DNA from: a virus
Taxonomy: Duplodnaviria > Heunggongvirae > Uroviricota > Caudoviricetes
IMG/VR virus record: IMGVR_UViG_3300020156_000001
Coordinates: 106,321-170,320 of that record
DNA: 64,000 bases
Strand: one strand, 5' to 3'
Every line of letters starts with the position of its first letter. The stretch's first letter is position 1. The notes below the pieces were generated by a model that was not told the DNA's origin, made no database searches, and worked only from the letters and a program-made list of their open reading frames with translations. This document shows positions 51,278-60,929 of the stretch, in pieces. The position numbers and the translations under genes are program-made.

Positions 51278-52011
51278 TACTTGGACTCCTCACCAAAGAA
51301 GTTGTGGTCTGTTAGGCCACTCTTGGAATCCGCTGCGCCCACGCTTCGCGCACTACGATAAGCAGTGGTTGCCATGCTGAGATTTGCCATTGTGCCGCTC
51401 ATGTCCGCAGTGGAATAGCTCATTGTTTGACCCTTGGAAAGACCAAATGTGGAGCCAACTTTCCATGCGTCTTGATTTGCGCCCAAGTAGACAAAAGTCC
51501 AACCCTTGGCTTGACGCTCTTCAACCAGCTTCTTAACGGAAGCCGCATTGTATTCGCGGGAGCAATTTTCCTCACCATCGGTCATGATAACAACGAGAAC
51601 GTTTTCAGCATCTGTTACAGTGCGATCCAAATGCGCAATGGTTTCGCCAATCGCATCATAAAGATTTGTACCACCGTTTGGTGTATAAGTGTTGCGGGAA
51701 AGTTGTGGAACTGCTTGAATGTCGGTACGATCGAATACGGTACGAACACTACGCCCACGTGATGGATCGTTGTCAGCGGAACGGCGGTACAAGCGAACAC
51801 CACCGGTGTCGGAGAATTTAGTCAAGCTTACGAGGGTTTTGAGACCATCGTTTACAGTTTTTTGGGAGCCCACATATTCGTTAAAGCTACTGATTGTGGA
51901 GTCAGTAATCCAATTCATACTGCCGGTTTCGTCTAGGACGAAATGGATGAGAGTTGCAGTTTTAGTTGTGGAAGTCACAGGTGCGACTTCAAACGCATTT
52001 ACGATAGCCAT
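51277..52011 (-). CDS. vWA domain protein
   Basis: LDETGSM, GGTNLYDAIG, VIMTDGEEN. Confidence 0.9.
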   Translation of the reverse strand: MAIVNAFEVAPVTSTTKTATLIHFVLDETGSMNWITDSTISSFNEYVGSQKTVNDGLKTLVSLTKFSDTGGVRLYRRSADNDPSRGRSVRTVFDRTDIQAVPQLSRNTYTPNGGTNLYDAIGETIAHLDRTVTDAENVLVVIMTDGEENCSREYNAASVKKLVEERQAKGWTFVYLGANQDAWKVGSTFGLSKGQTMSYSTADMSGTMANLSMATTAYRSARSVGAADSKSGLTDHNFFGEESK

Positions 52012-52165
52012 AATGTTTCCTTTCAGGACTTAAACTGCCAGCAACCGCGCTGGACTTATCTGCCTATGGGTTAACAACCCAGTTTATTTATGCCTGAGGA
52101 AATCACATATGGAAATAGGCGGAAAATATTTTCCGCCTATTGTTAAATGCGTATCGGGCCTGGCA

Positions 52166-52465
52166 TTATGCCTCTTCCTTGACCACGCGGAAATGTTCGA
52201 ACTGATACTGCTGAGCAAGCTTGCGCGTGTCGTCGACCTTCTGGCGAACCAGTTCCAGCGGACCCGTGTAAACGATTGCGCGGCCGTGATTGTGAATAGC
52301 CCTCATGAGCTCAACGGCTTCATCTTCAGTCTTTTCGAAGATCGAGATGAGAACCTGGACGACAAAATCCATTGGGGTGTAGTCGTCGTTCATCATGACT
52401 GCTTTCCACTGGCGCGGAAGCTTGATCTTTGCCTTGGTCTTAACTGCGGTTGCTGTATCGCTCAT
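52166..52465 (-). CDS. clpS: ATP-dependent Clp protease adaptor ClpS
   Basis: MNDDYTPMDFVVQVL...AVELMRAIHNHG. Confidence 0.9.
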   Translation of the reverse strand: MSDTATAVKTKAKIKLPRQWKAVMMNDDYTPMDFVVQVLISIFEKTEDEAVELMRAIHNHGRAIVYTGPLELVRQKVDDTRKLAQQYQFEHFRVVKEEA

Positions 52466-52518
52466 TGGTTTCCCTTTTGAATAACGTTGTTGCAACTTAG
52501 CTTAGGAAACTCTAACTG

Positions 52519-53085
52519 TCAAGCACTAGGTAAAGACCAATGAGCGTTGCAACGGGCTTCATAGGATTCCTGTGCACCAAGCTCAACAGAGCCAGTATTT
52601 GCGTCAGCGTGTTTCTTAAATGTCTTTGAAGCAGGGCGTCCACAAACCGTACAATGCGCTGTTAGCTTTTGTGCGTCGTTGGCCATGGCTAGAAACTTTG
52701 CGGTGAGTTCAAAGGGATCACCTTTCCAGTCCATATCCAAGCCCGCTACAACTACTTCGATGCCTTGGGCCAAGAGCGTTTTAACCCAAGCAACCACATC
52801 ACCTTCGAAATACGGTGCAGAGTAGAACTGGATTTCATCTAGGAACACTATATCGTTGGGAGCGAACTGTGTATCAGGAATCGAGCTAATGCTTATCGCT
52901 GGGGCTCTGAGACCATCGTGGGACACAATCTCCTGGTCTGAATATCGATCATCAAATGCGATTTTGAAAACGTGGACGTTTCGGTTTTCACCGTTCTTTG
53001 CCCATAGGATTCGCTTTAGAGTTGCCGTTGATTTGCCCCCAAACATGGGGCCAGCGATAGCAGTAAGGCTACCATAGTTAGACAT
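52519..53085 (-). CDS. tdk: Thymidine kinase
   Basis: GPMFGGKS, LDEIQF, AGLDMDW, C-x2-C...YEARC. Confidence 0.93.
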   Translation of the reverse strand: MSNYGSLTAIAGPMFGGKSTATLKRILWAKNGENRNVHVFKIAFDDRYSDQEIVSHDGLRAPAISISSIPDTQFAPNDIVFLDEIQFYSAPYFEGDVVAWVKTLLAQGIEVVVAGLDMDWKGDPFELTAKFLAMANDAQKLTAHCTVCGRPASKTFKKHADANTGSVELGAQESYEARCNAHWSLPSA

Positions 53086-53100
53086 TAAAACACCTTAAGG

Positions 53101-53126
53101 AAAAGGGGAGGATTGCTCCTCCCCCG
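53101..53126 (-). terminator. Terminator after Hsp20
   Basis: GGGGAGGAGCAATCCTCCCCTTTT. Confidence 0.7.
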
Positions 53127-53131
53127 ACTAA

Positions 53132-53587
53132 TTAGCCGATCTCAATGATCCGTGGCTTCAACGCTTCGGGCAGCTCACGCTTGAGATTGACCACAAGCAG
53201 GCCGTCCTTGAGTGAAACGTCTGTTACCACAACATAGTCCATCAGCTTGAACGAACGCTTGAAATCGCGCTTCGCAATACCCTGATGGATCATTACTGGG
53301 TACTTGTCGGCATCAACTTCGTTCTCATCCTTTTCAGGAGTTTCCTGGTAGCCACCGGTAACATGAAGGTAACCATTGTCGATGGAGACTTCAATCTCTT
53401 CACGAGCAAAGCCAGCGACAGCCAACGTGATACGATAGGCGTCCGCGCTGAGAGCTTCAATGTTGTAGGGTGGATAGTTTGGAGATGTCTTTGTTAGAAC
53501 GTCATCAAAGTAACGCTCAGCACCAATAGCAGTGCGGGTAAAGAGGTTCTGAATGTCAGAGGAAGTGATGGTACGAAAAGTAGTCAT
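53132..53587 (-). CDS. ibpA: Small heat shock protein (Hsp20/IbpA-like)
   Basis: PNYPPYNIE...YRITLAVAGF...GIAKRDFKRSF...DGLLVVNL. Confidence 0.93.
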   Translation of the reverse strand: MTTFRTITSSDIQNLFTRTAIGAERYFDDVLTKTSPNYPPYNIEALSADAYRITLAVAGFAREEIEVSIDNGYLHVTGGYQETPEKDENEVDADKYPVMIHQGIAKRDFKRSFKLMDYVVVTDVSLKDGLLVVNLKRELPEALKPRIIEIG

Positions 53588-53687
53588 GTTGTTTCTCCTA
53601 TTAAGCGAGACTATGTTTGGAACCCATCATTGGCGTTCCACGAGAGTTAAACTCCTGCTTAACTCTCGTTTCTATTTATGCCTCAGA

Positions 53688-54710
53688 TCATGCAATGCTT
53701 TCAAAAAAATCAGTTATATCTGATTCACACTTTTCTCTTTCCATCTCGTTTCGATATGTAAGATGTTGTAGGAACTTGGAATAAGGGTAATTCTTTGAGA
53801 AATTTACACGCCCATCTTCTTGCTCAAGCCAGTCGCATACCTTTTCATAATTTTCTTTAGATTCAAATATGAAACTTGGAGGGCGACGAGTTTCATTCCA
53901 CAATGGTTGCTTCCAAAGCTGTTTGAAAAAATCAATATCGTGACCCTGAGTAAACGTCTTGTGTATCTTTTTATGCTGGTAACTAAGAAGTGGAATAGTT
54001 GTCATCAACTCAAACAGATCAGAATCGGCAACATATTTTGTTCTCAAAATAGTCGAAGGTTCGTAAAACTGGTTTTTAAAGCAGCTTTGACCGAGATAAT
54101 TCAAAATGTGATGCAGATCGCAATCAATATCGTAAATGTTACGATATTCATCTTTAGTAATAAGTGGCTTACCCGAATAAGCACAAAGAAGTGGATTCGT
54201 ATCATAGGCTCTGCCCAGGTAGAACAGCTTTAAATACTTTTCAATATTATCAAGTTGCCTTTTTTGTCTGGATCGTTGCTTTGCAAGATTCAAACTTCTT
54301 GCAGTTCCTTTAAATGTTAGATAGTCACCCTTCAAAGCAACTTGAAAATCACTCCAGAAATGGAAACATCCACCAAGGCTGTTAGCTTCTTGACGAAGAA
54401 TTACTTTTCCAAAATCCAAATACTTATTCGGCCTATATGGAACGCGGAGTGCTTGCTCGATGTGCCCAAAAAGGTTAGAATCCCAAGACGAACAGAATTT
54501 CACAACCTCATCCCAGGGCTCAATATCCACATATGATTTTGGAACTTTGCCGCCAACAGAGATCCTTTTGAATCCATGGTTACGGCATAGTTCATTAATT
54601 TGAAATTGAGACAGATTTGCCTTTTCAGGTACACGAAAAGTAAACTCACGTGTTTCGGATTTAAAATTCACAAAAGGAATCGTGACTGTAGAAAAACTAA
54701 AATCGGACAT
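53688..54710 (-). CDS. AT-rich hypothetical protein, possible HNH-like nuclease
   Basis: 340 aa; CAYSG...LHH...H; visibly more AT-rich than neighbours. Confidence 0.6.
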   Translation of the reverse strand: MSDFSFSTVTIPFVNFKSETREFTFRVPEKANLSQFQINELCRNHGFKRISVGGKVPKSYVDIEPWDEVVKFCSSWDSNLFGHIEQALRVPYRPNKYLDFGKVILRQEANSLGGCFHFWSDFQVALKGDYLTFKGTARSLNLAKQRSRQKRQLDNIEKYLKLFYLGRAYDTNPLLCAYSGKPLITKDEYRNIYDIDCDLHHILNYLGQSCFKNQFYEPSTILRTKYVADSDLFELMTTIPLLSYQHKKIHKTFTQGHDIDFFKQLWKQPLWNETRRPPSFIFESKENYEKVCDWLEQEDGRVNFSKNYPYSKFLQHLTYRNEMEREKCESDITDFFESIA

Positions 54711-54819
54711 TGCCTGTCTCTTCTTTATTGTTGTGTTTGGTCTCTGCCAAACTTCATGCTCCTGTTTAACAATTCAGGAACACCAACTTCAATAAAGAAA
54801 AGACAATTTTATCTAAATT

Positions 54820-55080
54820 TTAGGAATTCTTTGCTTCCTGATAGCTCATTTCATCAATGATTTCAATTTCAGCAGTGGTTTCAATCCAAGCGCGTGCGCC
54901 GCAGCTCAGCTGCTCGCCCGAATATACCATGCGGGATGGTCCCAGGATATTCACTTCACGGCCATAACGGGTTTTGCCGCCGACCTTGATCGTGTAGACG
55001 GGACGATTGCCACCATCTTTGGCGTTAGCCGAAATATGGGCGCGGTTAACATGAATGATCTTCTTGAGTAGCTTTGTCAT
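54820..55080 (-). CDS. Conserved hypothetical phage protein
   Basis: IIHVNR...GPSRMVY...LSCGARAWIET. Confidence 0.8.
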   Translation of the reverse strand: MTKLLKKIIHVNRAHISANAKDGGNRPVYTIKVGGKTRYGREVNILGPSRMVYSGEQLSCGARAWIETTAEIEIIDEMSYQEAKNS

Positions 55081-55261
55081 GGAAATGGTCTCCTTTTGGG
55101 AGACCATACTAGGATAAATGCCTAAAATTCAATATTATTGGATCAACAGCAGGAATTCCGGGGGAATTGGTTGATTCATTTGATCATGACGAGAATAATT
55201 GATAAGAGCTGCCAGTACGATTGCCGCAACAAGAAACGCAACACACATATCACGAAACATT

Positions 55262-55459
55262 TTAATCAGGGATTGGAGCATTAGGATCAAAAATTCCAAG
55301 TTCGGTAGCTTCGGCTATGGAAATAATCACAGTCGTAAGCTTGCCAGTTTCATCATCCTGAATATAAACCCTGCCACCCTGAAATTCAACAAATCCCATA
55401 TATTCGCTGAACATATCCAGGAATGCTTCCTGGTTTGTGTACTTAGATGGTCTTTCCAT
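55262..55459 (-). CDS. Hypothetical protein
   Basis: 65-aa ORF. Confidence 0.55.
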   Translation of the reverse strand: MERPSKYTNQEAFLDMFSEYMGFVEFQGGRVYIQDDETGKLTTVIISIAEATELGIFDPNAPIPD

Positions 55460-56081
55460 TGTTAAGCTCCTCTTGAAGGTCTACGATGCCCTGCTTTATA
55501 TTGGCACGAGCACGATCATCACGTTCGGGTACGGTCCAATAGATTCTATCGTAGGTGAGAACCTTTTGATACCAAGCTATCCTTCCTCTGAGGACTTCTT
55601 CCCGCGTGTACTTGCTAGTGTACTCTTCAATAACGCGCCGTGCGTTGTGCGCAAATACGCCATAAGGCGCGGACAACTCTAGGATATCCGCATCGAGGAA
55701 GATCTTTGCCTCTATAGGAAGTGCTTCATTGGAGGCCATCCAGTGGTTTGCGCTCGAAACAATAGTCGCACTAACATGATCGACTTCATCTGCTACCAGA
55801 GTGCTTGCGGCTTCGCTATCCCGCCATATCTGAGCACTCTTGGTTTCGTTGCTGGTATCACCGATTTGATAGTATGCGTCATGATAGCTACTAACACGTT
55901 GAAAGTACCAAACCGGAATTGATCTAGCTCTTCCGTAGATTCCAGACTTTTCAGCCAAGTAGATGCAATAATCGTAGACATGGCCGGGATGGTCAATATC
56001 GTGGTATTGCCGATGGGGCTCCGTGTAGAGGATGTTGAGCAAGCGTTGGTCCATCGGAGGGAAATTGTGCCAGGGTAACAT
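55443..56081 (-). CDS. HD-superfamily metal-dependent phosphohydrolase
   Basis: YTEPHRQYH...H, YHDAYY, FLDADIL; start reset to avoid tRNA overlap. Confidence 0.8.
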   Translation of the reverse strand: MLPWHNFPPMDQRLLNILYTEPHRQYHDIDHPGHVYDYCIYLAEKSGIYGRARSIPVWYFQRVSSYHDAYYQIGDTSNETKSAQIWRDSEAASTLVADEVDHVSATIVSSANHWMASNEALPIEAKIFLDADILELSAPYGVFAHNARRVIEEYTSKYTREEVLRGRIAWYQKVLTYDRIYWTVPERDDRARANIKQGIVDLQEELNNGKTI

Positions 56082-56094
56082 TGCGCCGCCTATG

Positions 56095-56117
56095 AAAAAG
56101 CCCGCAAAGAGCGGGCT
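56095..56117 (-). terminator. Terminator-like hairpin after tRNA-Cys
   Basis: AGCCCGC-TCTTT-GCGGGCT-TTTT. Confidence 0.6.
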
Positions 56118-56120
56118 GTG

Positions 56121-56196
56121 TGGTAGCGGGGGCAGGACTTGAACCTGCGTAGTTCCGGCTTGCAACCGGATGCCTGGTCATCTCGGCCACCCCGCT
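56121..56196 (-). tRNA. tRNA-Cys(GCA), A73
   Basis: Loop TTGCAAG; ends ACCA. Confidence 0.8.
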
Positions 56197-56245
56197 TTGT
56201 ATTCGTTCTTTATAGCTGAGTTGGACTACCTTATCAATAAAAGAA

Positions 56246-56548
56246 TTATGAGATCGCAAGTTTCATCAACAGCAAGTCATCCATACTGTCAAATGCAACA
56301 TAAGTGATCCAATTCAATTCGGTTAGATAGGATTCACCCACAATTCTAAGCTTGTCAGCGTTTTCCGTAAAGTAGGTATCCGCAGTTAAATCATCCTCTT
56401 CTGATTGGGTTATCACACCCGCAACAATTGGATTGAGATGGAAAACACCTTTGTCTTCCATCCGTCGTTCTTCACGCCGTGCAGCCGAAGTAACATTGGT
56501 GTTGATGATGATTCTGGAAGCTTCCGAAGGAACCACGTATATGTGCAT
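56246..56548 (-). CDS. Hypothetical protein
   Basis: 100 aa, ends LLMKLAIS. Confidence 0.7.
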   Translation of the reverse strand: MHIYVVPSEASRIIINTNVTSAARREERRMEDKGVFHLNPIVAGVITQSEEDDLTADTYFTENADKLRIVGESYLTELNWITYVAFDSMDDLLLMKLAIS

Positions 56549-56769
56549 TAGAGGGCCAGTTTTAGGATCAAACGATCTTTATCATCGTTGATTAGGATTC
56601 TAACAATTTTCGATCCATAAAGGGCTAGAACTTTTGGGGCAGGAAAAACCTTATAGCCCAAGTCCAGAGCAACTCCGTGTACTCGTAGCGCCTCTTCCAC
56701 AGTTGTGCAAGCTAAAATTAACTCTATGTGGTCGTCGTAGAATGTTTCGGTGACAATAACATAATCCAT
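56548..56769 (-). CDS. Hypothetical protein
   Basis: 73 aa, ends LILKLAL. Confidence 0.65.
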   Translation of the reverse strand: MDYVIVTETFYDDHIELILACTTVEEALRVHGVALDLGYKVFPAPKVLALYGSKIVRILINDDKDRLILKLAL

Positions 56770-56871
56770 TCCTTATTTACGTGAATCCTAATTTATAGGA
56801 TAAAACTTTTGTTTCTAAACCTAAGACAGGAACTAAATATGAGAAACTAAGGTTCCCTATAGGAGGAATAT

Positions 56872-58611
56872 ATGGCGAGCAATACATCCCGTCCAGAAGG
56901 TTTGCGTAAAATCGCAAGCACCGCAGGCGACAACAATCCTAACCGCGTAAGCCTTGTCGACTTCTTCAGCGCAGATCGTGGCGTTGCTACGTTTCGTGGT
57001 CTTGAAGCAGGCGAAGGCATTTCGTTTGATCTAGTAGATGCTGATGGTCGTGCCAATACTTCTGGCAAAATTATCCGCATCACAGGCACTGGTGGCGGTG
57101 GTTCCGGCGGCAATGGCGCCAAGTGGTTTTCCGGCGCTGGTATGCCTTCGGCTGGCTTGGGTGCAGACAACGACATGTACTTGGACAATGAGTCCGGTGA
57201 TGTATTCTCGAAAGTTGTAGGCAACTGGCAGTTTAACCTAAACATCAAGGGCGCTGATGGCGCAACAGGTGCAACTGGCGCTACTGGTCCTGCAGGTGCT
57301 ACTGGTCCTGCTGGTCCTGCTGGTGAAGCCGGTCCTGCTGGTGAAGTTGGTCCAATCGGTCCTGCAGGTGCTACTGGTCCTGCTGGTGAAGCCGGTCCTG
57401 CTGGCCCTGCTGGTGAAGTTGGCCCAATCGGTCCCGCAGGTGCTACTGGTCCTGCTGGTGAACAAGGCGAAGCCGGTCCTGCCGGTCCACAAGGCATTCA
57501 AGGCCCAGTTGGCGCTCAGGGTCCACGTGGTGGCGGTCTAACCGTTGACGAATACGGTGATCTTACTGAAGCAAAGCTTTCTTCCATTGCAGCGGCAAAC
57601 CAGGATTGGGTATTCCTAGTAAACCCTGATGGCGACGATCGTGCAAACAAGACTGCACCGGCAAGCCTCAGCGGTGACATGGAACGTCACCTCCTAATGT
57701 ACGATGCAACAGCTGGTGAGTGGAAGGACTATGGTCAGTTCACAGGCGTTGAAGGTCCAGCGGGTCCACAGGGACAGCAAGGTCCAGCAGGTGTACAAGG
57801 CCCACAGGGTACTGCTGGTGCTGCCGGCGCTACAGGTGCAACCGGCGCTACTGGTCCTCAGGGAGCTAAGGGCGATAAAGGTGACAAAGGCGATAAGGGC
57901 GATAAGGGCGATAAGGGCGATGCTGGCGCAACTGGCCCAGCTGGTGCTGCTGGTCCTCAAGGTCCACAGGGTACTGCTGGTGTTAACGGTGCAACATTTA
58001 CACCAAACGAGCAAGGCAGCTTTACCGAAGCAAAAATCAGTCAAATTGTTGGTGCTAACAAAGACTGGAACTTCTACATTGCGGAAGGTAATGATGATCG
58101 CGCAGATAAATCAGTTCCAGCGGGTATTGCTGGTCTAAAAGACGGTCATATCGTTCACTTTGATGCGGCTACTGGTACCTGGTCAACTTATGGTAAGTTC
58201 CAAGGCGCAACCGGTGCTACTGGTCCTCAAGGCCCGCAAGGCCCGCAAGGCATAAAGGGTGATCTTGGGTCGGTTCCAAAAACTGTTCCAAAAACAATTG
58301 CCGTGGCCAACTATACTTTGACCCTAGCTGACGCAGAAAAATATCTGCGTGTTACCTCAAGCGCGGCCGGTAAAGCTATTACAGTTCCTAATAACACGTC
58401 TGTTGCATTCCCATTCGTTGATGGTGTTGAAACAACAACAATCTTGATTACAAATGAAGGCTCAACATCTTTGGCTATTACTCCTGCCGCTGGCGTAACT
58501 ATCAATAAAAAAGCAATTCTATCCAACAGTATGAGCCAATGGGGATCAGTAATGCTGATCAAAACAGGCACAAACACTTGGACACTTACTGGTGACCTAG
58601 ATCTAGCCTAA
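56872..58611 (+). CDS. Collagen-like (Gly-X-Y) fibre protein
   Basis: Three GXY tracts separated by two homologous ~70-aa modules; C-terminal beta domain. Confidence 0.88.
   Translation: MASNTSRPEGLRKIASTAGDNNPNRVSLVDFFSADRGVATFRGLEAGEGISFDLVDADGRANTSGKIIRITGTGGGGSGGNGAKWFSGAGMPSAGLGADNDMYLDNESGDVFSKVVGNWQFNLNIKGADGATGATGATGPAGATGPAGPAGEAGPAGEVGPIGPAGATGPAGEAGPAGPAGEVGPIGPAGATGPAGEQGEAGPAGPQGIQGPVGAQGPRGGGLTVDEYGDLTEAKLSSIAAANQDWVFLVNPDGDDRANKTAPASLSGDMERHLLMYDATAGEWKDYGQFTGVEGPAGPQGQQGPAGVQGPQGTAGAAGATGATGATGPQGAKGDKGDKGDKGDKGDKGDAGATGPAGAAGPQGPQGTAGVNGATFTPNEQGSFTEAKISQIVGANKDWNFYIAEGNDDRADKSVPAGIAGLKDGHIVHFDAATGTWSTYGKFQGATGATGPQGPQGPQGIKGDLGSVPKTVPKTIAVANYTLTLADAEKYLRVTSSAAGKAITVPNNTSVAFPFVDGVETTTILITNEGSTSLAITPAAGVTINKKAILSNSMSQWGSVMLIKTGTNTWTLTGDLDLA
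57255..57530 (+). repeat. Collagen-coding tandem repeats
   Basis: Repeated ggtcctgct/ggtgctact units. Confidence 0.85.
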
Positions 58612-58621
58612 GGAGATAACA

Positions 58622-59710
58622 ATGCTTAATGGATCTCCGATGATCTCGGTTCTGTCCACACTTAGTCGATTTGGAGAGAAGCCATCTGTGCCAACGTTTT
58701 TTGCGTTGTCATATAGTTCCTCTCGACCATCGCTATGGCGCTCTACTGACGGAATACTTTGGACACAGACTGATACAACTGTCTCAGGTCCGGCCGCAGC
58801 TTCAGTTGGTGGCTCTATAGCTATTGACCATAATGGCTTTATGATCGATTATAGAATCGATGGAGAACTTTATGGTTCAAATAATATGGGCGCAACCTGG
58901 TCAAGGATCGATAACTTTAGTACTCAACCACCAACTATGAATGCAATGCCAAGATCATCGGCAAGATATCTTCGCCATACACAACAATTTCAAGTAACAG
59001 TTGGTGCTAGTTCTTTACATTATATTAGTGGAAGAAACACACCAAAAAACACTCCTTTGACTTGGACTACTCTTAATGCGAGTACGTTTAATGGCGCTGG
59101 TGCAATGAATACCCTAGTTATTAGAAAAGCTCCCACTAATCCAGGAACAGCGGCTCCTGGAGCGGTTGCAAATGCGGGCAATGTGCCAGTTGGTGGTTTT
59201 ATGTATGGTAGCCATAGTTTTACTCCTGCATCATGGTCAACAAATACATCTGGCCCAAATAATGCTTGGGTTCGTGGAGCATATTCCCCCTCAAAGGAAA
59301 TTACTTTGTGGGCTTCTGCTAACACTACGGGTACGGGTTCAATCGCATATAGTAAAAATGCTTCGTTTATGACACCCTATGAAGGTGTATATAATACACC
59401 TAATTGGGCTGCCCGTCCAGGCGAGTTTTTCTGGTCAGAAATCCTGCAACACTTTGTTAGAACAGATTTCTTTACTGGTACTAACGCTGGTCAGCGTTAT
59501 ATTTTTGTATCGCCAACAGGCGAAACATGGACAAGAATTGATCTTGGTCAAAACCCTGGTACGGTATGGGGTTGGTGCGAAAACGATGATGTACTTTGCA
59601 TGATGACTTTGAACGGAAAGTCCATTGTAATGAAGTCATTAACTGACATTAAATTTGGTGCTGGTCCTGTAACAAACGGCATTGGTTGTTACTTTCCTCC
59701 GTCATCTTAA
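58622..59710 (+). CDS. Putative fibre-associated/receptor-binding protein
   Basis: 362 aa, S-x-DG/TW repeats, co-transcribed with fibre. Confidence 0.7.
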   Translation: MLNGSPMISVLSTLSRFGEKPSVPTFFALSYSSSRPSLWRSTDGILWTQTDTTVSGPAAASVGGSIAIDHNGFMIDYRIDGELYGSNNMGATWSRIDNFSTQPPTMNAMPRSSARYLRHTQQFQVTVGASSLHYISGRNTPKNTPLTWTTLNASTFNGAGAMNTLVIRKAPTNPGTAAPGAVANAGNVPVGGFMYGSHSFTPASWSTNTSGPNNAWVRGAYSPSKEITLWASANTTGTGSIAYSKNASFMTPYEGVYNTPNWAARPGEFFWSEILQHFVRTDFFTGTNAGQRYIFVSPTGETWTRIDLGQNPGTVWGWCENDDVLCMMTLNGKSIVMKSLTDIKFGAGPVTNGIGCYFPPSS

Positions 59711-59711
59711 C

Positions 59712-59740
59712 AAAAAGCCCGGCTTGTCCGGGCTTTTTCA
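59712..59740. terminator. Bidirectional terminator
   Basis: AAAAAGCCCGG-CTTGT-CCGGGCTTTTT between convergent genes. Confidence 0.85.
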
Positions 59741-59743
59741 TGA

Positions 59744-59998
59744 CTATACGAGTCTCAATTTGATTGTAAGCATGGTAGCCCGATCAACTGGGCCAAAATA
59801 AACCGCACGTACTATTTGAGCCGGAGGTACTATGTATTTGCTGGGATGGGGATGATAATAAAAGATGTGCTTCATAAATCTAGCATTGAATTGGTGTTCA
59901 ACGCACCACTCAGCTAGTTGGTCATGCTCACCACGTGTTTTGCATTGGATGATAACTTCAAACTGACCATCGCCATAATCATAGATAATAAGTTTCAT
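59744..59998 (-). CDS. Hypothetical protein
   Basis: 84 aa, ends LTIKLRLV. Confidence 0.65.
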   Translation of the reverse strand: MKLIIYDYGDGQFEVIIQCKTRGEHDQLAEWCVEHQFNARFMKHIFYYHPHPSKYIVPPAQIVRAVYFGPVDRATMLTIKLRLV

Positions 59999-60276
59999 GG
60001 CAATCTAAGCTTGAGTTCTAGAAGCTCGTTCCGATTAATCCCAATAAAATAGCCCAAGCATACGCCAGTAACTTCGGGCATAAACGATGGCTTACTAATG
60101 CCTAAGCGTTGCTGTTGGTCCCACTGAGCATGGATGCCAACCTCATCACACCAATCCCAATATGGAACTGGACTACCGTAAATGTGAAGGATAGCGTCAA
60201 AACGCCCATCATACTCGTTGACAACTAATTTTGGAGGTTTGTTGCTGACTTGTAGAACCACTGTAGATACCGTCAT
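59995..60276 (-). CDS. Hypothetical protein (paralog of 59744)
   Basis: KLVVNEYDGRF vs KLIIYDYGDGQF; ends LELKLRLP. Confidence 0.65.
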   Translation of the reverse strand: MTVSTVVLQVSNKPPKLVVNEYDGRFDAILHIYGSPVPYWDWCDEVGIHAQWDQQQRLGISKPSFMPEVTGVCLGYFIGINRNELLELKLRLP

Positions 60277-60341
60277 GGAATCCTTTTACGAAAAAGGACG
60301 AAACCGAAGTTTCGTACATTTTAGAGGGTATTGAGTATAGT

Positions 60342-60914
60342 TCAACCTTTAGCTGCACCTGTAAGTGGAATATCCCATTGAAAATAATTCTGCAAGTAAG
60401 CTCCAAGAACAACAAGAAATATCGCAAATAATATGGTAACAGCCGAAGAGATCCAAGGATGACTTTGACGTATTCTAAAAATAGAAAAGCGAATAAGTCC
60501 CATCGGAACCACTTGAATGCCTAGTTCAGTTAGTTCAACTTTCAATTTAACTTTTTTATTCACGTTATTTTGTTTGTTATACTCATTGTGTGCTCTAACA
60601 AACAATATCCCAAATGGATCATCTTTGCTAAGTCCTAAATAAAACGCATGGGCCATTACAGTGTCAAATGTATCTTCATCTAGTCCGGATGCTACGCCCA
60701 CATTATCGTATGTAAGATCGCTCGAAGCCCAGGTATTTGACCAGGCGCTAGAATCAGATTTTTCCAAACTTTTCAATCGCTCAAATTCGCGATCTCGTTT
60801 TCCCATAAATGCACCAATTGTCATTTTTTGGTTGCGTTCGGACACGAGGCGGATAGCTCTGAATAATTTATATAATTTCCAGTCCAACTGAATACGCTTA
60901 AACCAACGGCGCAT
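60342..60914 (-). CDS. AT-rich protein with C-terminal TM
   Basis: 190-aa ORF. Confidence 0.65.
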   Translation of the reverse strand: MRRWFKRIQLDWKLYKLFRAIRLVSERNQKMTIGAFMGKRDREFERLKSLEKSDSSAWSNTWASSDLTYDNVGVASGLDEDTFDTVMAHAFYLGLSKDDPFGILFVRAHNEYNKQNNVNKKVKLKVELTELGIQVVPMGLIRFSIFRIRQSHPWISSAVTILFAIFLVVLGAYLQNYFQWDIPLTGAAKG

Positions 60915-60929
60915 ATTTTAACCTTTTAA

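Noticed and set aside
56847-57497. Pro/Ala-rich minus-strand ORF
   Set aside because: Reverse-frame shadow of the collagen repeats.
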